Source: Escherichia phage Lambda
Sequence record: NC_001416.1
Direction: 5' to 3' (one strand)
Length of the DNA: 48,502 nucleotides
Numbering within the stretch: the first letter of the stretch is position 1; every line of letters begins with the position of its first letter. The position numbers were made by a program, and so were the translations under genes. Under the pieces are notes generated by a model. The model saw only the letters and a program-made list of their open reading frames with translations. It ran no database searches and was not told the origin of the DNA. Positions 24,509-34,481 of the stretch are shown piece by piece.

Positions 24509-25399
24509 CTAGATCCCTCTGAAAAAATCTTCCGAGTTTGCTAGGCACTGATACATAACTCTTTTCCAATAATTGGGGAAGTCATTCAAATCTATAATAG
24601 GTTTCAGATTTGCTTCAATAAATTCTGACTGTAGCTGCTGAAACGTTGCGGTTGAACTATATTTCCTTATAACTTTTACGAAAGAGTTTCTTTGAGTAAT
24701 CACTTCACTCAAGTGCTTCCCTGCCTCCAAACGATACCTGTTAGCAATATTTAATAGCTTGAAATGATGAAGAGCTCTGTGTTTGTCTTCCTGCCTCCAG
24801 TTCGCCGGGCATTCAACATAAAAACTGATAGCACCCGGAGTTCCGGAAACGAAATTTGCATATACCCATTGCTCACGAAAAAAAATGTCCTTGTCGATAT
24901 AGGGATGAATCGCTTGGTGTACCTCATCTACTGCGAAAACTTGACCTTTCTCTCCCATATTGCAGTCGCGGCACGATGGAACTAAATTAATAGGCATCAC
25001 CGAAAATTCAGGATAATGTGCAATAGGAAGAAAATGATCTATATTTTTTGTCTGTCCTATATCACCACAAAATGGACATTTTTCACCTGATGAAACAAGC
25101 ATGTCATCGTAATATGTTCTAGCGGGTTTGTTTTTATCTCGGAGATTATTTTCATAAAGCTTTTCTAATTTAACCTTTGTCAGGTTACCAACTACTAAGG
25201 TTGTAGGCTCAAGAGGGTGTGTCCTGTCGTAGGTAAATAACTGACCTGTCGAGCTTAATATTCTATATTGTTGTTCTTTCTGCAAAAAAGTGGGGAAGTG
25301 AGTAATGAAATTATTTCTAACATTTATCTGCATCATACCTTCCGAGCATTTATTAAGCATTTCGCTATAAGTTCTCGCTGGAAGAGGTAGTTTTTTCAT
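24509..25399 (-). CDS. ea31: Ea31, HNH-motif nuclease-like protein
   Basis: ORF track 24509..25399 (296 aa); CPFCG...DH...N...CRDCN HNH motif (aa 108-147, nt 24959-25078). Confidence 0.9.
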   Translation of the reverse strand: MKKLPLPARTYSEMLNKCSEGMMQINVRNNFITHFPTFLQKEQQYRILSSTGQLFTYDRTHPLEPTTLVVGNLTKVKLEKLYENNLRDKNKPARTYYDDMLVSSGEKCPFCGDIGQTKNIDHFLPIAHYPEFSVMPINLVPSCRDCNMGEKGQVFAVDEVHQAIHPYIDKDIFFREQWVYANFVSGTPGAISFYVECPANWRQEDKHRALHHFKLLNIANRYRLEAGKHLSEVITQRNSFVKVIRKYSSTATFQQLQSEFIEANLKPIIDLNDFPNYWKRVMYQCLANSEDFFRGI

Positions 25400-26973
25400 T
25401 GTACTTTACCTTCATCTCTGTTCATTATCATCGCTTTTAAAACGGTTCGACCTTCTAATCCTATCTGACCATTATAATTTTTTAGAATGGTTTCATAAGA
25501 AAGCTCTGAATCAACGGACTGCGATAATAAGTGGTGGTATCCAGAATTTGTCACTTCAAGTAAAAACACCTCACGAGTTAAAACACCTAAGTTCTCACCG
25601 AATGTCTCAATATCCGGACGGATAATATTTATTGCTTCTCTTGACCGTAGGACTTTCCACATGCAGGATTTTGGAACCTCTTGCAGTACTACTGGGGAAT
25701 GAGTTGCAATTATTGCTACACCATTGCGTGCATCGAGTAAGTCGCTTAATGTTCGTAAAAAAGCAGAGAGCAAAGGTGGATGCAGATGAACCTCTGGTTC
25801 ATCGAATAAAACTAATGACTTTTCGCCAACGACATCTACTAATCTTGTGATAGTAAATAAAACAATTGCATGTCCAGAGCTCATTCGAAGCAGATATTTC
25901 TGGATATTGTCATAAAACAATTTAGTGAATTTATCATCGTCCACTTGAATCTGTGGTTCATTACGTCTTAACTCTTCATATTTAGAAATGAGGCTGATGA
26001 GTTCCATATTTGAAAAGTTTTCATCACTACTTAGTTTTTTGATAGCTTCAAGCCAGAGTTGTCTTTTTCTATCTACTCTCATACAACCAATAAATGCTGA
26101 AATGAATTCTAAGCGGAGATCGCCTAGTGATTTTAAACTATTGCTGGCAGCATTCTTGAGTCCAATATAAAAGTATTGTGTACCTTTTGCTGGGTCAGGT
26201 TGTTCTTTAGGAGGAGTAAAAGGATCAAATGCACTAAACGAAACTGAAACAAGCGATCGAAAATATCCCTTTGGGATTCTTGACTCGATAAGTCTATTAT
26301 TTTCAGAGAAAAAATATTCATTGTTTTCTGGGTTGGTGATTGCACCAATCATTCCATTCAAAATTGTTGTTTTACCACACCCATTCCGCCCGATAAAAGC
26401 ATGAATGTTCGTGCTGGGCATAGAATTAACCGTCACCTCAAAAGGTATAGTTAAATCACTGAATCCGGGAGCACTTTTTCTATTAAATGAAAAGTGGAAA
26501 TCTGACAATTCTGGCAAACCATTTAACACACGTGCGAACTGTCCATGAATTTCTGAAAGAGTTACCCCTCTAAGTAATGAGGTGTTAAGGACGCTTTCAT
26601 TTTCAATGTCGGCTAATCGATTTGGCCATACTACTAAATCCTGAATAGCTTTAAGAAGGTTATGTTTAAAACCATCGCTTAATTTGCTGAGATTAACATA
26701 GTAGTCAATGCTTTCACCTAAGGAAAAAAACATTTCAGGGAGTTGACTGAATTTTTTATCTATTAATGAATAAGTGCTTACTTCTTCTTTTTGACCTACA
26801 AAACCAATTTTAACATTTCCGATATCGCATTTTTCACCATGCTCATCAAAGACAGTAAGATAAAACATTGTAACAAAGGAATAGTCATTCCAACCATCTG
26901 CTCGTAGGAATGCCTTATTTTTTTCTACTGCAGGAATATACCCGCCTCTTTCAATAACACTAAACTCCAACAT
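25396..26973 (-). CDS. ea59: Ea59, ABC/SMC-type ATPase with N-terminal extra domain
   Basis: ORF track 25396..26973 (525 aa); Walker A GRNGCGKTT (nt 26365-26391), Walker B LVLFDEPE (nt 25792-25815), H-loop IIATHSP; ATGA overlap with ea31. Confidence 0.9.
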   Translation of the reverse strand: MLEFSVIERGGYIPAVEKNKAFLRADGWNDYSFVTMFYLTVFDEHGEKCDIGNVKIGFVGQKEEVSTYSLIDKKFSQLPEMFFSLGESIDYYVNLSKLSDGFKHNLLKAIQDLVVWPNRLADIENESVLNTSLLRGVTLSEIHGQFARVLNGLPELSDFHFSFNRKSAPGFSDLTIPFEVTVNSMPSTNIHAFIGRNGCGKTTILNGMIGAITNPENNEYFFSENNRLIESRIPKGYFRSLVSVSFSAFDPFTPPKEQPDPAKGTQYFYIGLKNAASNSLKSLGDLRLEFISAFIGCMRVDRKRQLWLEAIKKLSSDENFSNMELISLISKYEELRRNEPQIQVDDDKFTKLFYDNIQKYLLRMSSGHAIVLFTITRLVDVVGEKSLVLFDEPEVHLHPPLLSAFLRTLSDLLDARNGVAIIATHSPVVLQEVPKSCMWKVLRSREAINIIRPDIETFGENLGVLTREVFLLEVTNSGYHHLLSQSVDSELSYETILKNYNGQIGLEGRTVLKAMIMNRDEGKVQ

Positions 26974-27543
26974 ATAGTAACCCTTAATTTTATTAAAATA
27001 ACCGCAATTTATTTGGCGGCAACACAGGATCTCTCTTTTAAGTTACTCTCTATTACATACGTTTTCCATCTAAAAATTAGTAGTATTGAACTTAACGGGG
27101 CATCGTATTGTAGTTTTCCATATTTAGCTTTCTGCTTCCTTTTGGATAACCCACTGTTATTCATGTTGCATGGTGCACTGTTTATACCAACGATATAGTC
27201 TATTAATGCATATATAGTATCGCCGAACGATTAGCTCTTCAGGCTTCTGAAGAAGCGTTTCAAGTACTAATAAGCCGATAGATAGCCACGGACTTCGTAG
27301 CCATTTTTCATAAGTGTTAACTTCCGCTCCTCGCTCATAACAGACATTCACTACAGTTATGGCGGAAAGGTATGCATGCTGGGTGTGGGGAAGTCGTGAA
27401 AGAAAAGAAGTCAGCTGCGTCGTTTGACATCACTGCTATCTTCTTACTGGTTATGCAGGTCGTAGTGGGTGGCACACAAAGCTTTGCACTGGATTGCGAG
27501 GCTTTGTGCTTCTCTGGAGTGCGACAGGTTTGATGACAAAAAA

Positions 27544-27577
27544 TTAGCGCAAGAAGACAAAAATCACCTTGCGCTAA
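27544..27577 (-). terminator. sib: tI terminator / sib hairpin (retroregulation site downstream of int)
   Basis: ttagcgcaag ... cttgcgctaa inverted repeat downstream of int on the minus strand. Confidence 0.7.
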
Positions 27578-27723
27578 TGCTCTGTTACAGGTCACTAATA
27601 CCATCTAAGTAGTTGATTCATAGTGACTGCATATGTTGTGTTTTACAGTATTATGTAGTCTGTTTTTTATGCAAAATCTAATTTAATATATTGATATTTA
27701 TATCATTTTACGTTTCTCGTTCA

Positions 27724-27738
27724 GCTTTTTTATACTAA
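27724..27738 (+). other. attP: attP 15-bp common core (gcttttttatactaa); full attP arms extend roughly 150 bp left and 80 bp right
   Basis: Core sequence read in an AT-rich region immediately downstream of int. Confidence 0.92.
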
Positions 27739-27811
27739 GTTGGCATTATAAAAAAGCATTGCTTATCAATTTGTTGCAACGAACAGGTCACTATCAGTCA
27801 AAATAAAATCA

Positions 27812-28882
27812 TTATTTGATTTCAATTTTGTCCCACTCCCTGCCTCTGTCATCACGATACTGTGATGCCATGGTGTCCGACTTATGCCCGAGAAGATGTT
27901 GAGCAAACTTATCGCTTATCTGCTTCTCATAGAGTCTTGCAGACAAACTGCGCAACTCGTGAAAGGTAGGCGGATCCCCTTCGAAGGAAAGACCTGATGC
28001 TTTTCGTGCGCGCATAAAATACCTTGATACTGTGCCGGATGAAAGCGGTTCGCGACGAGTAGATGCAATTATGGTTTCTCCGCCAAGAATCTCTTTGCAT
28101 TTATCAAGTGTTTCCTTCATTGATATTCCGAGAGCATCAATATGCAATGCTGTTGGGATGGCAATTTTTACGCCTGTTTTGCTTTGCTCGACATAAAGAT
28201 ATCCATCTACGATATCAGACCACTTCATTTCGCATAAATCACCAACTCGTTGCCCGGTAACAACAGCCAGTTCCATTGCAAGTCTGAGCCAACATGGTGA
28301 TGATTCTGCTGCTTGATAAATTTTCAGGTATTCGTCAGCCGTAAGTCTTGATCTCCTTACCTCTGATTTTGCTGCGCGAGTGGCAGCGACATGGTTTGTT
28401 GTTATATGGCCTTCAGCTATTGCCTCTCGGAATGCATCGCTCAGTGTTGATCTGATTAACTTGGCTGACGCCGCCTTGCCCTCGTCTATGTATCCATTGA
28501 GCATTGCCGCAATTTCTTTTGTGGTGATGTCTTCAAGTGGAGCATCAGGCAGACCCCTCCTTATTGCTTTAATTTTGCTCATGTAATTTATGAGTGTCTT
28601 CTGCTTGATTCCTCTGCTGGCCAGGATTTTTTCGTAGCGATCAAGCCATGAATGTAACGTAACGGAATTATCACTGTTGATTCTCGCTGTCAGAGGCTTG
28701 TGTTTGTGTCCTGAAAATAACTCAATGTTGGCCTGTATAGCTTCAGTGATTGCGATTCGCCTGTCTCTGCCTAATCCAAACTCTTTACCCGTCCTTGGGT
28801 CCCTGTAGCAGTAATATCCATTGTTTCTTATATAAAGGTTAGGGGGTAAATCCCGGCGCTCATGACTTCGCCTTCTTCCCAT
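27812..28882 (-). CDS. int: Integrase (tyrosine recombinase)
   Basis: ORF track 27812..28882 (356 aa). Confidence 0.96.
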   Translation of the reverse strand: MGRRRSHERRDLPPNLYIRNNGYYCYRDPRTGKEFGLGRDRRIAITEAIQANIELFSGHKHKPLTARINSDNSVTLHSWLDRYEKILASRGIKQKTLINYMSKIKAIRRGLPDAPLEDITTKEIAAMLNGYIDEGKAASAKLIRSTLSDAFREAIAEGHITTNHVAATRAAKSEVRRSRLTADEYLKIYQAAESSPCWLRLAMELAVVTGQRVGDLCEMKWSDIVDGYLYVEQSKTGVKIAIPTALHIDALGISMKETLDKCKEILGGETIIASTRREPLSSGTVSRYFMRARKASGLSFEGDPPTFHELRSLSARLYEKQISDKFAQHLLGHKSDTMASQYRDDRGREWDKIEIK

Positions 28883-29078
28883 TTCTGATCCTCTTCAAAA
28901 GGCCACCTGTTACTGGTCGATTTAAGTCAACCTTTACCGCTGATTCGTGGAACAGATACTCTCTTCCATCCTTAACCGGAGGTGGGAATATCCTGCATTC
29001 CCGAACCCATCGACGAACTGTTTCAAGGCTTCTTGGACGTCGCTGGCGTGCGTTCCACTCCTGAAGTGTCAAGTACAT
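28860..29078 (-). CDS. xis: Excisionase
   Basis: ORF track 28860..29078 (72 aa); overlaps int start. Confidence 0.95.
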   Translation of the reverse strand: MYLTLQEWNARQRRPRSLETVRRWVRECRIFPPPVKDGREYLFHESAVKVDLNRPVTGGLLKRIRNGKKAKS

Positions 29079-29373
29079 CGCAAAGTCTCCGCAATTACAC
29101 GCAAGAAAAAACCGCCATCAGGCGGCTTGGTGTTCTTTCAGTTCTTCAATTCGAATATTGGTTACGTCTGCATGTGCTATCTGCGCCCATATCATCCAGT
29201 GGTCGTAGCAGTCGTTGATGTTCTCCGCTTCGATAACTCTGTTGAATGGCTCTCCATTCCATTCTCCTGTGACTCGGAAGTGCATTTATCATCTCCATAA
29301 AACAAAACCCGCCGTAGCGAGTTCAGATAAAATAAATCCCCGCGAGTGCGAGGATTGTTATGTAATATTGGGT

Positions 29374-29655
29374 TTAATCATCTATATGTTTTGTACAGAG
29401 AGGGCAAGTATCGTTTCCACCGTACTCGTGATAATAATTTTGCACGGTATCAGTCATTTCTCGCACATTGCAGAATGGGGATTTGTCTTCATTAGACTTA
29501 TAAACCTTCATGGAATATTTGTATGCCGACTCTATATCTATACCTTCATCTACATAAACACCTTCGTGATGTCTGCATGGAGACAAGACACCGGATCTGC
29601 ACAACATTGATAACGCCCAATCTTTTTGCTCAGACTCTAACTCATTGATACTCAT
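29374..29655 (-). CDS. ea8.5: Ea8.5 (Cys/His-rich small protein)
   Basis: ORF track 29374..29655 (93 aa). Confidence 0.88.
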   Translation of the reverse strand: MSINELESEQKDWALSMLCRSGVLSPCRHHEGVYVDEGIDIESAYKYSMKVYKSNEDKSPFCNVREMTDTVQNYYHEYGGNDTCPLCTKHIDD

Positions 29656-29846
29656 TTATAAACTCCTTGCAATGTATGTCGTTTCAGCTAAACGGTATCA
29701 GCAATGTTTATGTAAAGAAACAGTAAGATAATACTCAACCCGATGTTTGAGTACGGTCATCATCTGACACTACAGACTCTGGCATCGCTGTGAAGACGAC
29801 GCGAAATTCAGCATTTTCACAAGCGTTATCTTTTACAAAACCGATC

Positions 29847-30395
29847 TCACTCTCCTTTGATGCGAATGCCAGCGTCAGACATCATATGCAGATACTCACC
29901 TGCATCCTGAACCCATTGACCTCCAACCCCGTAATAGCGATGCGTAATGATGTCGATAGTTACTAACGGGTCTTGTTCGATTAACTGCCGCAGAAACTCT
30001 TCCAGGTCACCAGTGCAGTGCTTGATAACAGGAGTCTTCCCAGGATGGCGAACAACAAGAAACTGGTTTCCGTCTTCACGGACTTCGTTGCTTTCCAGTT
30101 TAGCAATACGCTTACTCCCATCCGAGATAACACCTTCGTAATACTCACGCTGCTCGTTGAGTTTTGATTTTGCTGTTTCAAGCTCAACACGCAGTTTCCC
30201 TACTGTTAGCGCAATATCCTCGTTCTCCTGGTCGCGGCGTTTGATGTATTGCTGGTTTCTTTCCCGTTCATCCAGCAGTTCCAGCACAATCGATGGTGTT
30301 ACCAATTCATGGAAAAGGTCTGCGTCAAATCCCCAGTCGTCATGCATTGCCTGCTCTGCCGCTTCACGCAGTGCCTGAGAGTTAATTTCGCTCAC
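29847..30395 (-). CDS. ea22: Ea22
   Basis: ORF track 29847..30395 (182 aa); charged, coiled-coil-like central region. Confidence 0.88.
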   Translation of the reverse strand: MSEINSQALREAAEQAMHDDWGFDADLFHELVTPSIVLELLDERERNQQYIKRRDQENEDIALTVGKLRVELETAKSKLNEQREYYEGVISDGSKRIAKLESNEVREDGNQFLVVRHPGKTPVIKHCTGDLEEFLRQLIEQDPLVTIDIITHRYYGVGGQWVQDAGEYLHMMSDAGIRIKGE

Positions 30396-30613
30396 TTCGA
30401 ACCTCTCTGTTTACTGATAAGTTCCAGATCCTCCTGGCAACTTGCACAAGTCCGACAACCCTGAACGACCAGGCGTCTTCGTTCATCTATCGGATCGCCA
30501 CACTCACAACAATGAGTGGCAGATATAGCCTGGTGGTTCAGGCGGCGCATTTTTATTGCTGTGTTGCGCTGTAATTCTTCTATTTCTGATGCTGAATCAA
30601 TGATGTCTGCCAT
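30392..30613 (-). CDS. orf73: Orf73, TraR/DksA-family C4 zinc-finger protein
   Basis: ORF track 30392..30613 (73 aa); CxxC-x17-CxxC motif (CECGD...CRTCASC). Confidence 0.8.
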   Translation of the reverse strand: MADIIDSASEIEELQRNTAIKMRRLNHQAISATHCCECGDPIDERRRLVVQGCRTCASCQEDLELISKQRGSK

Positions 30614-30838
30614 CTTTCATTAATCCCTGAACTGTTGGTTAATACGCTTGAGGGTGAATGCGAATAATAAAAAAGGAGCCTGTAGCTCCCTGATGATTTT
30701 GCTTTTCATGTTCATCGTTCCTTAAAGACGCCGTTTAACATGCCGATTGCCAGGCTTAAATGAGTCGGTGTGAATCCCATCAGCGTTACCGTTTCGCGGT
30801 GCTTCTTCAGTACGCTACGGCAAATGTCATCGACGTTT

Positions 30839-31024
30839 TTATCCGGAAACTGCTGTCTGGCTTTTTTTGATTTCAGAATTAGCCTGACGGGCAATGCTGC
30901 GAAGGGCGTTTTCCTGCTGAGGTGTCATTGAACAAGTCCCATGTCGGCAAGCATAAGCACACAGAATATGAAGCCCGCTGCCAGAAAAATGCATTCCGTG
31001 GTTGTCATACCTGGTTTCTCTCAT
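30839..31024 (-). CDS. orf61: Orf61 hypothetical protein
   Basis: ORF track 30839..31024 (61 aa). Confidence 0.7.
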   Translation of the reverse strand: MRETRYDNHGMHFSGSGLHILCAYACRHGTCSMTPQQENALRSIARQANSEIKKSQTAVSG

Positions 31025-31196
31025 CTGCTTCTGCTTTCGCCACCATCATTTCCAGCTTTTGTGAAAGGGATGCGGCTAACGTATGAAATTCTTCGTCTGT
31101 TTCTACTGGTATTGGCACAAACCTGATTCCAATTTGAGCAAGGCTATGTGCCATCTCGATACTCGTTCTTAACTCAACAGAAGATGCTTTGTGCAT
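31005..31196 (-). CDS. orf63: Orf63 hypothetical protein
   Basis: ORF track 31005..31196 (63 aa). Confidence 0.7.
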   Translation of the reverse strand: MHKASSVELRTSIEMAHSLAQIGIRFVPIPVETDEEFHTLAASLSQKLEMMVAKAEADERNQV

Positions 31197-31351
31197 ACAG
31201 CCCCTCGTTTATTATTTATCTCCTCAGCCAGCCGCTGTGCTTTCAGTGGATTTCGGATAACAGAAAGGCCGGGAAATACCCAGCCTCGCTTTGTAACGGA
31301 GTAGACGAAAGTGATTGCGCCTACCCGGATATTATCGTGAGGATGCGTCAT
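31169..31351 (-). CDS. orf60a: Orf60a hypothetical protein
   Basis: ORF track 31169..31357; start taken at 31351. Confidence 0.7.
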
Positions 31352-32028
31352 CGCCATTGCTCCCCAAATACAAAACCAATTTCAGCCAGTGCCTCGTCCA
31401 TTTTTTCGATGAACTCCGGCACGATCTCGTCAAAACTCGCCATGTACTTTTCATCCCGCTCAATCACGACATAATGCAGGCCTTCACGCTTCATACGCGG
31501 GTCATAGTTGGCAAAGTACCAGGCATTTTTTCGCGTCACCCACATGCTGTACTGCACCTGGGCCATGTAAGCTGACTTTATGGCCTCGAAACCACCGAGC
31601 CGGAACTTCATGAAATCCCGGGAGGTAAACGGGCATTTCAGTTCAAGGCCGTTGCCGTCACTGCATAAACCATCGGGAGAGCAGGCGGTACGCATACTTT
31701 CGTCGCGATAGATGATCGGGGATTCAGTAACATTCACGCCGGAAGTGAATTCAAACAGGGTTCTGGCGTCGTTCTCGTACTGTTTTCCCCAGGCCAGTGC
31801 TTTAGCGTTAACTTCCGGAGCCACACCGGTGCAAACCTCAGCAAGCAGGGTGTGGAAGTAGGACATTTTCATGTCAGGCCACTTCTTTCCGGAGCGGGGT
31901 TTTGCTATCACGTTGTGAACTTCTGAAGCGGTGATGACGCCGAGCCGTAATTTGTGCCACGCATCATCCCCCTGTTCGACAGCTCTCACATCGATCCCGG
32001 TACGCTGCAGGATAATGTCCGGTGTCAT
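31348..32028 (-). CDS. exo: Lambda exonuclease (Red alpha)
   Basis: ORF track 31348..32028 (226 aa). Confidence 0.96.
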
Positions 32029-32810
32029 GCTGCCACCTTCTGCTCTGCGGCTTTCTGTTTCAGGAATCCAAGAGCTTTTACTGCTTCGGCCTGTGTCAGT
32101 TCTGACGATGCACGAATGTCGCGGCGAAATATCTGGGAACAGAGCGGCAATAAGTCGTCATCCCATGTTTTATCCAGGGCGATCAGCAGAGTGTTAATCT
32201 CCTGCATGGTTTCATCGTTAACCGGAGTGATGTCGCGTTCCGGCTGACGTTCTGCAGTGTATGCAGTATTTTCGACAATGCGCTCGGCTTCATCCTTGTC
32301 ATAGATACCAGCAAATCCGAAGGCCAGACGGGCACACTGAATCATGGCTTTATGACGTAACATCCGTTTGGGATGCGACTGCCACGGCCCCGTGATTTCT
32401 CTGCCTTCGCGAGTTTTGAATGGTTCGCGGCGGCATTCATCCATCCATTCGGTAACGCAGATCGGATGATTACGGTCCTTGCGGTAAATCCGGCATGTAC
32501 AGGATTCATTGTCCTGCTCAAAGTCCATGCCATCAAACTGCTGGTTTTCATTGATGATGCGGGACCAGCCATCAACGCCCACCACCGGAACGATGCCATT
32601 CTGCTTATCAGGAAAGGCGTAAATTTCTTTCGTCCACGGATTAAGGCCGTACTGGTTGGCAACGATCAGTAATGCGATGAACTGCGCATCGCTGGCATCA
32701 CCTTTAAATGCCGTCTGGCGAAGAGTGGTGATCAGTTCCTGTGGGTCGACAGAATCCATGCCGACACGTTCAGCCAGCTTCCCAGCCAGCGTTGCGAGTG
32801 CAGTACTCAT
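32025..32810 (-). CDS. bet: Beta single-strand annealing protein (Red beta)
   Basis: ORF track 32025..32810 (261 aa). Confidence 0.96.
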
Positions 32811-32815
32811 TCGTT

Positions 32816-33232
32816 TTATACCTCTGAATCAATATCAACCTGGTGGTGAGCAATGGTTTCAACCATGTACCGGATGTGTTCTGCCATGCGCTCCTGAAAC
32901 TCAACATCGTCATCAAACGCACGGGTAATGGATTTTTTGCTGGCCCCGTGGCGTTGCAAATGATCGATGCATAGCGATTCAAACAGGTGCTGGGGCAGGC
33001 CTTTTTCCATGTCGTCTGCCAGTTCTGCCTCTTTCTCTTCACGGGCGAGCTGCTGGTAGTGACGCGCCCAGCTCTGAGCCTCAAGACGATCCTGAATGTA
33101 ATAAGCGTTCATGGCTGAACTCCTGAAATAGCTGTGAAAATATCGCCCGCGAAATGCCGGGCTGATTAGGAAAACAGGAAAGGGGGTTAGTGAATGCTTT
33201 TGCTTGATCTCAGTTTCAGTATTAATATCCAT
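32816..33232 (-). CDS. gam: Gam, RecBCD inhibitor
   Basis: ORF track 32816..33232 (138 aa). Confidence 0.95.
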
Positions 33233-33330
33233 TTTTTATAAGCGTCGACGGCTTCACGAAACATCTTTTCATCGCCAATAAAAGTGGCGATAGTGAATTT
33301 AGTCTGGATAGCCATAAGTGTTTGATCCAT
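33187..33330 (-). CDS. kil: Kil, host-killing (cell division inhibitor) protein
   Basis: ORF track 33187..33456; recognised 47-aa product MDQTLMAIQ starting at 33330. Confidence 0.85.
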
Positions 33331-33463
33331 TCTTTGGGACTCCTGGCTGATTAAGTATGTCGATAAGGCGTTTCCATCCGTCACGTAATTTACGGGTGAT
33401 TCGTTCAAGTAAAGATTCGGAAGGGCAGCCAGCAACAGGCCACCCTGCAATGGCATATTGCAT
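33299..33463 (-). CDS. cIII: CIII, FtsH inhibitor stabilising CII
   Basis: ORF track 33299..33535; recognised 54-aa product MQYAIAGWP starting at 33463. Confidence 0.9.
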   Translation of the reverse strand: MQYAIAGWPVAGCPSESLLERITRKLRDGWKRLIDILNQPGVPKNGSNTYGYPD

Positions 33464-33535
33464 GGTGTGCTCCTTATTTATACATAACGAAAAACGCCTC
33501 GAGTGAAGCGTTATTGGTATGCGGTAAAACCGCAC

Positions 33536-33904
33536 TCAGGCGGCCTTGATAGTCATATCATCTGAATCAAATATTCCTGATGTATCGATATCGGTAATTC
33601 TTATTCCTTCGCTACCATCCATTGGAGGCCATCCTTCCTGACCATTTCCATCATTCCAGTCGAACTCACACACAACACCATATGCATTTAAGTCGCTTGA
33701 AATTGCTATAAGCAGAGCATGTTGCGCCAGCATGATTAATACAGCATTTAATACAGAGCCGTGTTTATTGAGTCGGTATTCAGAGTCTGACCAGAAATTA
33801 TTAATCTGGTGAAGTTTTTCCTCTGTCATTACGTCATGGTCGATTTCAATTTCTATTGATGCTTTCCAGTCGTAATCAATGATGTATTTTTTGATGTTTG
33901 ACAT
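33536..33904 (-). CDS. ea10: Ea10, SSB-like protein with acidic C-terminal tail
   Basis: ORF track 33536..33904 (122 aa). Confidence 0.85.
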   Translation of the reverse strand: MSNIKKYIIDYDWKASIEIEIDHDVMTEEKLHQINNFWSDSEYRLNKHGSVLNAVLIMLAQHALLIAISSDLNAYGVVCEFDWNDGNGQEGWPPMDGSEGIRITDIDTSGIFDSDDMTIKAA

Positions 33905-34086
33905 CTGTTCATATCCTCACAGATAAAAAATCGCCCTCACACTGGAGGGCAAAGAAGATTTCCAATAATCAGAACAAGTCGGCTCCTGTTTAGTTACGAG
34001 CGACATTGCTCCGTGTATTCACTCGTTGGAATGAATACACAGTGCAGTGTTTATTCTGTTATTTATGCCAAAAATAAAGGCCACTA

Positions 34087-34287
34087 TCAGGCAGCTTTGT
34101 TGTTCTGTTTACCAAGTTCTCTGGCAATCATTGCCGTCGTTCGTATTGCCCATTTATCGACATATTTCCCATCTTCCATTACAGGAAACATTTCTTCAGG
34201 CTTAACCATGCATTCCGATTGCAGCTTGCATCCATTGCATCGCTTGAATTGTCCACACCATTGATTTTTATCAATAGTCGTAGTCAT
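34087..34287 (-). CDS. ral: Ral, restriction alleviation protein
   Basis: ORF track 34087..34287 (66 aa). Confidence 0.9.
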   Translation of the reverse strand: MTTTIDKNQWCGQFKRCNGCKLQSECMVKPEEMFPVMEDGKYVDKWAIRTTAMIARELGKQNNKAA

Positions 34288-34481
34288 ACGGATAGTCCTG
34301 GTATTGTTCCATCACATCCTGAGGATGCTCTTCGAACTCTTCAAATTCTTCTTCCATATATCACCTTAAATAGTGGATTGCGGTAGTAAAGATTGTGCCT
34401 GTCTTTTAACCACATCAGGCTCGGTGGTTCTCGTGTACCCCTACAGCGAGAAATCGGATAAACTATTACAACCCCTACAGT

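Noticed and set aside
26974-27543. Short ORFs between ea59 and tI/attP (27013-27198, 27157-27351, 27335-27604)
   Set aside because: AT-rich, short, mutually overlapping and without motifs; this region more plausibly holds attP arm binding sites and transcribed leader than genes.
28947-29610. Plus-strand ORFs (117 and 131 aa) opposite xis and ea8.5
   Set aside because: Antisense to well-supported leftward genes of the pL operon; no motif support.
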